In this document: positions 26,524-36,096 of the stretch, in pieces
Layout: every line of letters begins with the position of its first letter
Numbering within the stretch: position 1 is the stretch's first letter
Virus record (IMG/VR): IMGVR_UViG_3300017963_000273
Location: 3,987 to 67,986 of that record
Source of the DNA: a virus
Reading direction: 5' to 3' (one strand)
DNA: 64,000 nt
The notes under the pieces: generated by a model
Told to the model about the DNA's origin: nothing
Databases searched by the model: none
The model's input: the letters and a program-made list of their open reading frames with translations, nothing else
Translations under genes and position numbers: made by a program

Positions 26524-28392
26524 TTAATTAACAACAAATCCAAGAGTTGTAATTTCTTCATCAGCATCATAACGATCGTTACTTTCTTGTGCTTCAAAAG
26601 CTTCACCAATAGTTTCTGGATTAGTTTTATGAATTTCGCTATATACTTTATTAAGGAATTCATCCATTTGTGATTGTTCTTGTTCAAAAGACATATCAAA
26701 TTGATTAAGATGTATTGGGAATTGTTGAACACCAACAACAGTAAATTCAGCGTCATAGAAGAATTCAACATTTTGCTGTTTAAGAATATAAAGTGCCCAT
26801 ACAGCTGCCATTACATGGTCATCATGTCTTCCTTTAGTAGCTCTATATGTAAATGTAGCACCAGTTTCAGCTTTTTCAAAATACTCTAGTTCAGTAAATA
26901 ATTGTTTATTTCTAATAAGAATATTTAATTTAGGATGATCGAAATAATCTCTAAATGTTTGACAAGCATCAATTTTTAGTTTATTGTTACTTAAAATACC
27001 GAGTTTTCTATGACCAATAGATGCAACATTTTCATATTCATAAATTAAATGTAAGAATTCTACAACAGTATTTCCCATATTATTAGCTTCCACCATAATT
27101 GGAGCTTTATTATAAAGTAATCCAAGTTTAGCTAATAGATATGCTAGTTTTGCAGGAATAATTTTATTGTCACTAAAATAACATACTTCTGCAACTCTCT
27201 CAGTTGGATTAGTAATATCAAAAATTGAAATAACACTAAAGTCATTACCAGTACCATCAGCAGGATCACAGCCAATTACATAACATTTGTCACGATCTGG
27301 TTTTTCATACATTTCAATTTTAAATTCATGAATACTTAAATTAGTAGTATCTGGAGGATTTTCCGATAAAAACTTTCTTTTACGTGGTAATCCTTCAAGA
27401 TTAACAAGTGTATATGTTGATCCCAAGAATTGATTTCCAAACTCTTGATTAAATTTCTTCATATCATAGTTAAATGATACTAATTGAGTTTCTTTCCATT
27501 CTTCATCTCGACCAGGTACATCCCACCAATCGATTTTAAAATCAGTCCAACGAACTTTATCTGTTCCTTTTCCAGTAACAGCACCGTTATATGTATCATA
27601 AAATAAGTTACCAGTACCATTAGGTGTTGAAACCATCACACATTTTGTATTTTTAGATGAAGAGATAATTGGATAAACAGATTCCCAAAGTTTATTCATA
27701 ATATTAACTGGAATAAACGCAGCTTCATCAATAAGTAGGACGTTACAGGATTTTGAACGAGCTGAGTCAGCGGTTGTAGATGAACCTTGAATAATACAAC
27801 CATTTGAAAGTTTAATTTTTCCTTTATTCCATTCAACAACACTAGGTTTTAACCATTTCGGTAATAACTCAAATGCTAAAGCTATACGTGACATAATCTC
27901 AAGTGCTGTTTCTTGTTTATTGGCAATGATAAGAATTCGTTTATCCTTATTAAAACACATTAACCAAGTAGCAAAAATACAATATGAAGTCGTTTTACCA
28001 GTTTGTCGAGCAGCTAATACAACTACACGATCATCATTAATCATTGTGTTAATTAATTCAGCCTGTTTTGGATAAGTCTTAATAATATGCTGACCTTTAT
28101 CCAAACTAACAATTGTGTAATAATTTTCTGCGAAATAAATTGGATCCATCATACACTTTAAATATTCTTGAGATTTGAATAAATGAGTGTCATAAGGAAG
28201 AGGTACGGAACTATTCTCTGTTAGTCCATACATGTTTCTGTAGTTTAGTTGCTCGTAAGCGTCTTCTAAAAGTTGAAGGTGTTCTTCTCTGGTTTTCTCG
28301 CGATGTTCGTAAATTTCTTCAAAGTGAAGTTCTTCACGAGCCATTGGTTTAACCATGTCTATTTGCATCGTTAAATCTCCTATTTTTACCAA
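26524..28392 (-). CDS. Terminase large subunit, gp17-like
   Basis: DPIYFAENY, ARQTGKTT (Walker A), LLIDEAAF, STPNG, QEF, DPADGTGNDFS, HDDHVMA. Confidence 0.96.
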   Translation of the reverse strand: MVKIGDLTMQIDMVKPMAREELHFEEIYEHREKTREEHLQLLEDAYEQLNYRNMYGLTENSSVPLPYDTHLFKSQEYLKCMMDPIYFAENYYTIVSLDKGQHIIKTYPKQAELINTMINDDRVVVLAARQTGKTTSYCIFATWLMCFNKDKRILIIANKQETALEIMSRIALAFELLPKWLKPSVVEWNKGKIKLSNGCIIQGSSTTADSARSKSCNVLLIDEAAFIPVNIMNKLWESVYPIISSSKNTKCVMVSTPNGTGNLFYDTYNGAVTGKGTDKVRWTDFKIDWWDVPGRDEEWKETQLVSFNYDMKKFNQEFGNQFLGSTYTLVNLEGLPRKRKFLSENPPDTTNLSIHEFKIEMYEKPDRDKCYVIGCDPADGTGNDFSVISIFDITNPTERVAEVCYFSDNKIIPAKLAYLLAKLGLLYNKAPIMVEANNMGNTVVEFLHLIYEYENVASIGHRKLGILSNNKLKIDACQTFRDYFDHPKLNILIRNKQLFTELEYFEKAETGATFTYRATKGRHDDHVMAAVWALYILKQQNVEFFYDAEFTVVGVQQFPIHLNQFDMSFEQEQSQMDEFLNKVYSEIHKTNPETIGEAFEAQESNDRYDADEEITTLGFVVN

Positions 28393-28395
28393 AAA

Positions 28396-29037
28396 TTAAA
28401 ATAGAGATAATTGATCATCCTCATTTGTTTGAGCTTGGTGGACTGATCGTTTTATCTCGTCAATGTCCGCGTCAGTTTCAATAGAAACAATTCGATTTCT
28501 ATCTCCCTGACTTATATAATCAACAGAGACTTCATCATAATCATCAATAAAATTGTCTAATTGACCAAAATTTAGATGACCGACATGCTCATTGTTGAAT
28601 TTCACGGTATATGAATTAATACTATTTTTAGTAATATTGATGTAATTTTTGTTTTTATGAGGAGGAACTTTAATTCCAAGTATATTTGCAGTAATACTTT
28701 TAATGATAGACCAGTTATTGGTATAACCGTCTCTATTAGCAATTAATTTTGCAGTTTTTAATGCTTTAACAACCTCGTTCTCATCATATATATCCAGTTC
28801 TTTTGCAAATTTCTTTGTAATATTTTCTGAAGTTATATTTTCCCATTCTTCTCTATCAAAAGATTCTGTTACAGGAACTTTAAAAGCTTCCATAATTTGA
28901 TCGAATTTCTCGTTAAATTTTCCGCCTTTCATTTTCTTATAAATTCCCATAATGTATGCATAGTTTTTTCCCTTACCTGATTTTTTAGCTAATTTCTTAG
29001 CTTTTGACCATTTCTTTTCGTCAACACCTTTAGGCAT
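28396..29037 (-). CDS. Basic N-terminal module fused to an EAFK-family protein
   Basis: EKKWSKAKK..NYAYIMGIYKKM followed by KFNEKFDQIME-AFK. Confidence 0.7.
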   Translation of the reverse strand: MPKGVDEKKWSKAKKLAKKSGKGKNYAYIMGIYKKMKGGKFNEKFDQIMEAFKVPVTESFDREEWENITSENITKKFAKELDIYDENEVVKALKTAKLIANRDGYTNNWSIIKSITANILGIKVPPHKNKNYINITKNSINSYTVKFNNEHVGHLNFGQLDNFIDDYDEVSVDYISQGDRNRIVSIETDADIDEIKRSVHQAQTNEDDQLSLF

Positions 29038-29500
29038 TTTCTTGTTTATCCTTTAAAAACTTAAGCACATCTAATAAAATTTTATTCCACATATCATTTA
29101 GAATATTTGATGTTATTTTTTCACCGATATTAAATTGTTTATAAACACTAACATTATTAATAATATTATATCTACTAATATCAACGACAAATATATCGTC
29201 ATCTAACATATATGTAGCAATTTGAAAAGAAATATTACTTTGATTAAAACGTAAATACAATACTTTTTCATCAAAATTTTCTCTTTTAATTGATATATCG
29301 TTTGGTTCTATAGCAACCAAATTATCTATAATTAAATTTTGAAGATCATTTACTAGAGTATCAGTTTTTTGTACTTCAATCGAAAAATCATCAAAATAAA
29401 TTTTAAGATTTGTAACATCTCTATCAAGATTTTTAATGATATTATCAATTAATCCAGATTTTGTTAATTTAAAAGCTTCTTGTAATTCATGAAATTTCAT
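29030..29500 (-). CDS. EAFK-family putative internal head protein
   Basis: MKFHELQE-AFK. Confidence 0.7.
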   Translation of the reverse strand: MKFHELQEAFKLTKSGLIDNIIKNLDRDVTNLKIYFDDFSIEVQKTDTLVNDLQNLIIDNLVAIEPNDISIKRENFDEKVLYLRFNQSNISFQIATYMLDDDIFVVDISRYNIINNVSVYKQFNIGEKITSNILNDMWNKILLDVLKFLKDKQENA

Positions 29501-29529
29501 TAAAATTTACTTCTTTTTGTTATTGGCTT

Positions 29530-29844
29530 TTAAAAATTTTTAATTTTGAATGTTGGAGCTTCATTAGCAGTAAAAGATAATTCTTCGATTTCATCTTTAG
29601 AAAACCAAAAACCTTGTGTTTCTTTACTACCTTTAAAATCAATTGGATTTTCCCATGTTCTTATATGACAATCTTCATCTTGAATTGTTAAAATTCCAAC
29701 TAATAACATTCTATCGTTATAAACTAGAGCTTCAACTTCTTCGTTTTGTTCCAAAAAATGATTAAGACGTTTCCAATAATCATTCAAAGTTGGAAGTTTA
29801 AAAGCTTCTGAAAGTTCTTGTACTTTATTTAAAAATTTAGACAT
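29530..29844 (-). CDS. EAFK-family putative internal head protein
   Basis: MSKFLNKVQELSE-AFK; late promoter upstream. Confidence 0.7.
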   Translation of the reverse strand: MSKFLNKVQELSEAFKLPTLNDYWKRLNHFLEQNEEVEALVYNDRMLLVGILTIQDEDCHIRTWENPIDFKGSKETQGFWFSKDEIEELSFTANEAPTFKIKNF

Positions 29845-30126
29845 GTTAATCCTCTTTTGATTATTTATATATAAAGATCAAAAGTCTACACCAAATGTGG
29901 TGCTAGTGTCACTACGCTGTCGCTCCGTTGTCTACACCACAAGAGAATATTTCATCGAGCGAATGCAACTATAAGAAGAAGAGAGAAGAAGTGTCTCCAG
30001 ACACCATACCCAACTAGCCAAACAACCATCCCTTATCGGGAGACCCAGGTCTAAATAATCCATTTTTCGTTAAAGTAAACTGGTTCTAGATCTTTTTTAA
30101 AATTTTATGAAAAAAAGTTATTTTTC

Positions 30127-30636
30127 TTAATCTAGAATAGCAATATTAATATCTTCATTATTTTTTCCAATCGTGAATACAGAATCGTTAACGTGTCCGA
30201 TATGCTGCCACTTAGAAAACTTAATTTTTGAACGAAGATCATTTCCCTTAAATAAAATATCAAACTGATCAGCTATAAGATTTTCAATTTCTTCAACTGA
30301 ATTAAAATCTTTATCACTTATTTCCCAAATATCATCAGATAACGCAAATAGACGATAAACAGTTTGGATTTCATCATCATATTCAGTATCTTTCATATCT
30401 TGACGAACAACAACGAATCCCCAATAGTTTTGTGGTGAAGCTTCTATTGAAGAGATAGATGTAATAATATCAATCTCATTTGTAAGTATATCGATTTTCC
30501 AGCGACCTAATGAAATATTTACAAATCTTTCTGGTGCATTTATATCAGTCATTTCAGCAATAAATCTTCCAAGTTTAGAAATTTTTGGATATTTAAATGC
30601 TTCCATTATTTCATTAAATTTTTCATTAAAGCTCAT
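30127..30636 (-). CDS. EAFK-family putative internal head protein
   Basis: MSFNEKFNEIME-AFK. Confidence 0.7.
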   Translation of the reverse strand: MSFNEKFNEIMEAFKYPKISKLGRFIAEMTDINAPERFVNISLGRWKIDILTNEIDIITSISSIEASPQNYWGFVVVRQDMKDTEYDDEIQTVYRLFALSDDIWEISDKDFNSVEEIENLIADQFDILFKGNDLRSKIKFSKWQHIGHVNDSVFTIGKNNEDINIAILD

Positions 30637-30736
30637 ATATAATCCTTTAAAAGTTTTATTCTATTTATTTACTTTTACGAAAATTAGATTATATAATAAG
30701 GACGCGATAATTAACTAAATAGAGAGATGTATTAAT

Positions 30737-32329
30737 ATGGATGAATTGTCCAAAACCTTTCCAATGGATGATACCGAGTTTAATCGGTACTTTCCCTTTC
30801 CAAGCGCTCGTGATGGGCAAAGAGAAATTGTAGAAGAAATTCTTAATCATTACCGTGAAGGTAAACGAGCTGTAGTTTTATGTGCACCAACTGCTGTAGG
30901 TAAATCTGGTATTGCAACATTTTTTGCTCGTTACTTTGGTTCAGCATATATTTTAACTGGTCAAAAGACGCTTCAAAATCAATATATGAGCGATTTTAAA
31001 AAGATCGGTATGCGTATGATTAAAGGAAAATACAATTATAAATGTAAAATGAATCCCAAGCTTAAATGCGATATGGGAGTATGTGCATCAAGTAATGTCG
31101 ATTGTTCAGATTGTACTTATACTGTTGCACGTGAAAATGCTTATTCATCACCGCTTACTGTATTTAACTATACGTATTTTTTAAATATGGTTCGTACTAG
31201 TTATAAACATCATTCATCAAGAGAATTTTTAGTTTTAGATGAATGTCATGGAGTTGAAGGTCAACTTATTGATTTCATGACAGTAAAACTTTCTGTCGAT
31301 GACTTTAAAGAATTTGAAGTTAGAGGCATGGTTAAATTTCCAAAAGATTATCTTTCCGAAGATGAAAAATTTGAATGGCTATTTGGTCCAGCAAGATCAT
31401 CGATTAAAACAACATTAGCATATGAACAATCTGAACTTGAAGATATGCATTTAGATGATCCAAATTATTATGATCAATCTAGGAAAGTTTCTTATTTAGA
31501 TACATTAGTCTGCATGATAAACAGACTTGAAGAACAGATGCTTGGTAGTGGTTGTGATGGTGTATGTATTCAAAATAAAACATATGATATTACGTTCAAA
31601 CCATTAAAAGCATCATCTTATGGTGATCATTTTCTACATTCTTACGGAGATAGAATATTAGCAATGTCAGCTACTGTTTTTGATAAAGATCAATTCTGTA
31701 GAGATGTAGGATTAGATCCTGAAGTAACTGCATTTGTATCATGTGATTCACCAATACCAACCGAGCGTCGTCTAGTATATGATTTGAACGCTGTAAGTTT
31801 ATCTTATAAGAATAAGGAGAAGAATAAACCCTTACTCGCTGAGTTGGTATCGGATATCATGGAAATGCATGAAGGTCAACGTGGAATTATTCATACAGTT
31901 AGTTATGATATAGCTAAATACTTGATGGAAACTATTAATACTGATAGATTTGTAATGCCACGTGGAGAAACACGAGAAGATGAACTAGAAAAATTCATTA
32001 AAAGTGATAGAGAAGATTTAGTATTAATTTCTCCTTCACTAACTGAAGGTATATCTTTAGACGACGATCTAAGTAGATTTACGATCGTTTGTAAACTACC
32101 ATATGGTAATATTGGTGACCCCTGGATCAAGAAAAGAATGAATTTGTCTCAGAGATGGTACAATAACGAAACTATTCAATCTTTAGTACAGATGACTGGT
32201 CGTAGTGTTAGAAGTGCTGATGATCATGCTGTTTCATATATTCTTGATAATAGCTTCCAATGGTTTTATAAGAATAACGGGTCCAGATTTCCAGATTGGT
32301 GGAAAAATTCACTTAGGAAAATGACATAA
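30737..32329 (+). CDS. DinG/Rad3(XPD)-family SF2 helicase with Fe-S cysteines
   Basis: R.GQ, APTAVGKS, KGKYNYKC..C..C..C, DECH, MSAT, EGIS..D, QMTGRSVRS..D. Confidence 0.9.
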   Translation: MDELSKTFPMDDTEFNRYFPFPSARDGQREIVEEILNHYREGKRAVVLCAPTAVGKSGIATFFARYFGSAYILTGQKTLQNQYMSDFKKIGMRMIKGKYNYKCKMNPKLKCDMGVCASSNVDCSDCTYTVARENAYSSPLTVFNYTYFLNMVRTSYKHHSSREFLVLDECHGVEGQLIDFMTVKLSVDDFKEFEVRGMVKFPKDYLSEDEKFEWLFGPARSSIKTTLAYEQSELEDMHLDDPNYYDQSRKVSYLDTLVCMINRLEEQMLGSGCDGVCIQNKTYDITFKPLKASSYGDHFLHSYGDRILAMSATVFDKDQFCRDVGLDPEVTAFVSCDSPIPTERRLVYDLNAVSLSYKNKEKNKPLLAELVSDIMEMHEGQRGIIHTVSYDIAKYLMETINTDRFVMPRGETREDELEKFIKSDREDLVLISPSLTEGISLDDDLSRFTIVCKLPYGNIGDPWIKKRMNLSQRWYNNETIQSLVQMTGRSVRSADDHAVSYILDNSFQWFYKNNGSRFPDWWKNSLRKMT

Positions 32330-32838
32330 TGGATGAATATGATATTGATAAAGAACTTGATTCTTTAATGGAAATTGGTGGTGCAGGAAATGCTGAATTT
32401 CCAAGCCATGTATCAGATGATACTAAAGATCTTTTTGATTCAGCAGAAAGTGTTTTAAGTGTTAGACTTAAAAAGTATAGTAATTCTGTTAGAGAATCTC
32501 TACTTCTTAATGATATGAATATCCATGAAAAAGCAATGGTTTCACCAGCAATTCATCATGGATTTGTTAATTGTTTGTTTGCTGAAAAACGTAAACTTAA
32601 ACAACTTGAGAAGCTTGTTGAAGAAAAGGAAACAGAATATATTGAAAAATTCGGTCGTCCTGATATTCCAAGATATAAAACAGAACAACAAGCTAAAATG
32701 TGTGATGCTGTTGTAAAAATTAGAGATACAATTGAAGAACAAAAAGAAATTATTAGATACCTTGAAAGTATCTGTAATATGATGTCAAAATTTGGTTTCG
32801 ATATTAAAAACTGTGTCGAAATGATGAAAATGATGTAA
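32329..32838 (+). CDS. uvsY: Recombination mediator UvsY-like
   Basis: Helical protein ending YLESI..FGFDIKNCVE; near UvsW. Confidence 0.7.
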   Translation: MDEYDIDKELDSLMEIGGAGNAEFPSHVSDDTKDLFDSAESVLSVRLKKYSNSVRESLLLNDMNIHEKAMVSPAIHHGFVNCLFAEKRKLKQLEKLVEEKETEYIEKFGRPDIPRYKTEQQAKMCDAVVKIRDTIEEQKEIIRYLESICNMMSKFGFDIKNCVEMMKMM

Positions 32839-32853
32839 AGGAAAGAAAGAGAT

Positions 32854-33186
32854 ATGTTTAAAGTAATCTTGAAAAATATTATTGAAAAGACTATTCTTAG
32901 TGTAGATACTGGTAAATTGCCATCTAATAAAGCGGAAGAAATGACACATAGAATCGCTAAAACACAAGATGGTAAGAATGATTTTACTGTAGTTGCTGCT
33001 CGTCCTGATGGTAGTGTTGGTACTCATATTGAAACAACTGGTGGATTTGGCGTACTTAAAATTGATGCTGATAAAACCGTAACTGAAGCTACTGAATTTG
33101 GATCTTATCAAGTTTTTACTAAAGGTGAAAAGGTAGTTGCTTCTATTGATATTTGTTATATTGTTGGAATTATTGAAGAAAAATGA
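32854..33186 (+). CDS. Hypothetical protein
   Basis: ORF within the operon, overlapping the UvsW start. Confidence 0.7.
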   Translation: MFKVILKNIIEKTILSVDTGKLPSNKAEEMTHRIAKTQDGKNDFTVVAARPDGSVGTHIETTGGFGVLKIDADKTVTEATEFGSYQVFTKGEKVVASIDICYIVGIIEEK

Positions 33187-34724
33187 TTTTATCCGTCAAG
33201 AAGACCAAAAATAGGCTGAAGATATCGTCGTCTAATTTGGAATTACTGAATTTCATACGGAGACGTCTTACAGTAAAAAATCCAAATTATCGCTTCACGC
33301 CTTATGGACAAGAAGAAGTTTCGTGCATCTCTCCGAGCTTCACTTTCATGAATGGTCTTCTATTCGATGTTCTCAAGGAGGCTAGACTCTATGATCCAGA
33401 TGTTAAAATTGATCTTGGAGAAGCAAAAACATCTGCTATTCCTTTTTCAATTGATGTGGATGAGCTAGAACCTCCTGAGAACACCGTTTTTAAATATCGT
33501 GATTATCAACGTGAATCGATTGTACAGGGTTTAAAATTTGGAAGAGGAATATTTGAACTTGCAACCGGTGCAGGTAAGTCATTAGTAATTTATGGGCTCA
33601 TTAAGAATATTTGGAAACATACTAGTAAGAAAAATGTTCTTGTATTAGTTCCAAATGTTCAGTTAGTAGCTCAAATGGCTTCCGATTTTATTGAATATGG
33701 CTGTGATCCATCAATAATTTGTAAATTTACTGCAACTATTGAAAGAAAGATTAGTCCAGTAGCCAATATAATTATATCTAATCGTAGTTGGTTAACAAAA
33801 CATGCTGATGAGCTTCCAGATATTGATATTATGATCATTGATGAAGTTCATATGATGTCTGATTCTGGAAGCAAGACTTTTAAAATGGCAAATAAGATTA
33901 AAACTGAAGTTAGATTTGGTTTTACTGGTACGATGCCAGAATGGGCAATGTCAAAGTGGAATGTTATAGGTGTAACTGGTCAAATTCTTAAAATTAAGAG
34001 AGCTAGAGAATTACAAGATACTGGTTATGTAGCAAAAACAAAAATTGTTTCAGTTCGTTTTAAACATGAACGAAAACCTCAAACAGATCCTGAACTTACT
34101 GCTTTATTAAAAGAAGCACGTGCTGCTGAAGATGAAGATGCTGTTGGATTAATTAAATTAGAAATAGCAAAAGCTCGTTTTCCAACAGAATGGCGTTTCA
34201 TTGAAGATTGTATGTTTACAAATCAATTTATGTTAAGAATGATGGCAAAATTTGATGGTAATACTATTATGTTATACGATCATGTTGAGCATGGAAATAA
34301 ATTAAGAGAATATCTTGAGAAAATAGCTCCAGAAAAACAAATTTTTCTTATTGATGGTAGTACATCTGTCGATTATCGTGAAAATGTTAGAGTAGCTATG
34401 GAAGCTAGTGATAACTGTTTTTTACTTGGTAATAGTAAATGTGTAGCTGTGGGTATGAATGTAAAGAATATTAAAAATGTTGCATTTGGATTTTCTTCTG
34501 GATTAGCAGCATCCAAAATTATTCAGTCTATTGGCCGTGGATTACGTCTAAAAGATGGCAAGACACATGTCAGAATAATTGATTTTTATCATGAATTAAG
34601 ATATTCTCAAGCACATTATACCGAAAGATTAAAACTATACGGTAAACATTACGGAATCAATTCTTCTGACATTGTTCAAAAATTTATTGATGTACAATAC
34701 GGTAATGAATTATCTAATTTCTAG
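33183..34724 (+). CDS. uvsW: UvsW-like SF2 DNA helicase
   Basis: RDYQ, LATGAGKSL, DEVH, RFGFTGT, QSIGRGLR. Confidence 0.92.
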   Translation: MILSVKKTKNRLKISSSNLELLNFIRRRLTVKNPNYRFTPYGQEEVSCISPSFTFMNGLLFDVLKEARLYDPDVKIDLGEAKTSAIPFSIDVDELEPPENTVFKYRDYQRESIVQGLKFGRGIFELATGAGKSLVIYGLIKNIWKHTSKKNVLVLVPNVQLVAQMASDFIEYGCDPSIICKFTATIERKISPVANIIISNRSWLTKHADELPDIDIMIIDEVHMMSDSGSKTFKMANKIKTEVRFGFTGTMPEWAMSKWNVIGVTGQILKIKRARELQDTGYVAKTKIVSVRFKHERKPQTDPELTALLKEARAAEDEDAVGLIKLEIAKARFPTEWRFIEDCMFTNQFMLRMMAKFDGNTIMLYDHVEHGNKLREYLEKIAPEKQIFLIDGSTSVDYRENVRVAMEASDNCFLLGNSKCVAVGMNVKNIKNVAFGFSSGLAASKIIQSIGRGLRLKDGKTHVRIIDFYHELRYSQAHYTERLKLYGKHYGINSSDIVQKFIDVQYGNELSNF

Positions 34725-34944
34725 ATTTACTCATTAATCCTTCAAGCTCTTCGTCACTAAATAATTCGAATCCTTTAATACCAAAATCATTTTTAATTTG
34801 GTCTTTAAATTCTTTAATAGAACCGTCGAAATCCATTTGTCCAATCAAGAATGTAATGGAATTTTTAAGATTCTTCAGATAGTATTCTGAGGCACCCATA
34901 GCTTCTGTTAAAGCTTGCTCATAGCTTTGTGTAAATTTACTCAT
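34714..34944 (-). CDS. Small putative internal head protein; start MSKFTQSY
   Basis: MSKF..Y..ALTE-A N-terminus. Confidence 0.6.
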   Translation of the reverse strand: MSKFTQSYEQALTEAMGASEYYLKNLKNSITFLIGQMDFDGSIKEFKDQIKNDFGIKGFELFSDEELEGLMSKSRN

Positions 34945-35359
34945 CTTCAGTTCCTTCAAGCAATGACCCTTGATCATCAAAAAATTTGAATGTAATCAAA
35001 CCATTTTTGACTTCCATCTCTATAAAGTACGGTGAAGCCGAAATTCTTCTTATATCTTCTTTATTGATTTTTGAATGTTGGTGTTGAGTAACCAATGAAT
35101 GGTGATCACCATCTTCAAGAAACCAAAAAACAACTCTATCAAGTCTAGGATCATATTTCTTTATTCGATTTCTAATATCCTTGACAAGTTCAGTACCTTC
35201 TAGTCTTCGCCAGGTTGGCTTTTCGCGTACAGGTTCCTCTTTATCTTTATCATCTGCTTCTTCCTCAATAGAGGTATGTTCCTTAGCTTTCATTTCCCAA
35301 GGCATATCCTCATTAAGCATTTTTCTATATGCATTTAGATATTTTCTATCACTATTCAT
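34937..35359 (-). CDS. Putative internal head protein
   Basis: KYLNAYRKMLNE N-terminus; late promoter 35390. Confidence 0.65.
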   Translation of the reverse strand: MNSDRKYLNAYRKMLNEDMPWEMKAKEHTSIEEEADDKDKEEPVREKPTWRRLEGTELVKDIRNRIKKYDPRLDRVVFWFLEDGDHHSLVTQHQHSKINKEDIRRISASPYFIEMEVKNGLITFKFFDDQGSLLEGTEDE

Positions 35360-35389
35360 ATCAAAAATTTCTCCATAAAGTATCGGTAG

Positions 35390-35401
35390 TATTTATAAAT
35401 A
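35390..35401. promoter_or_regulatory. Back-to-back late promoters (palindrome TATTTATAAATA)
   Basis: TATAAATA on both strands between divergent genes; same arrangement at 41387-41398. Confidence 0.75.
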
Positions 35402-35425
35402 TCTAAAAGTAAATTCAGGATTAAT

Positions 35426-35728
35426 ATGACCATGAAAAAGTTTCTTGAATCATATAATAAAGCTCTAGATGATCTAGAAAATTTAGATGAAGCAATTAAG
35501 AAGACTGTTTCCAGAACAAAAGATGGGAAAGTTAATGTTTCATACAAATCTACTAGATCAGGTTATAGAGTAAAGAAAATTAAAGGTAGACCTGTCGAAG
35601 TTCGTATGTCACCAATTGAAAGACGACATCGTTCAGAAGCTGCTAAGAAAGCTGCTAAGAAACGTAAAAATAAGACTAAAGTTAAGAAAAGTCAAACACG
35701 CGTTAAGAAAAAGAAGTTACGTAAATAA
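35426..35728 (+). CDS. Basic prohead core protein (gp68-like)
   Basis: LDE-A site, then K/R-rich GKV..GYR..VRMSP.ERR.R..AAKKAAKKR. Confidence 0.6.
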   Translation: MTMKKFLESYNKALDDLENLDEAIKKTVSRTKDGKVNVSYKSTRSGYRVKKIKGRPVEVRMSPIERRHRSEAAKKAAKKRKNKTKVKKSQTRVKKKKLRK

Positions 35729-35729
35729 A

Positions 35730-36020
35730 ATGAAATTCGAAAATCTTAAACTTTTCCTAGAAACTAATGTTGCTGACGAAGAATTACTTAGATTATTTAC
35801 TTCTAATGTTATTGATGCAGCTAATCAGCATGAAGCAAGACAAATTGCAGCTCAATATAAAGCTGTTTTAGAAGAGCCAGATTCAGATTATCATTATCTT
35901 GCCAAACCATATGAAGTTGTTATGAGACAAGCTGTGGGTTATTGGAAAGTTAATAAAAAGGCGCCAACTAAAGAGTGGCTTTTAGATAAGATGGAAGTAG
36001 CAAAGCAAAAATTTCTGTAA
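35730..36020 (+). CDS. Hypothetical protein; start MKFENLKLFLE
   Basis: Start immediately after the previous stop. Confidence 0.6.
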   Translation: MKFENLKLFLETNVADEELLRLFTSNVIDAANQHEARQIAAQYKAVLEEPDSDYHYLAKPYEVVMRQAVGYWKVNKKAPTKEWLLDKMEVAKQKFL

Positions 36021-36096
36021 GACAATATTTATATTTTCAAAATAGAAAATCAAATTATTTATAAATAAATATGAAAACTAAAGAGGAGATTTCATA

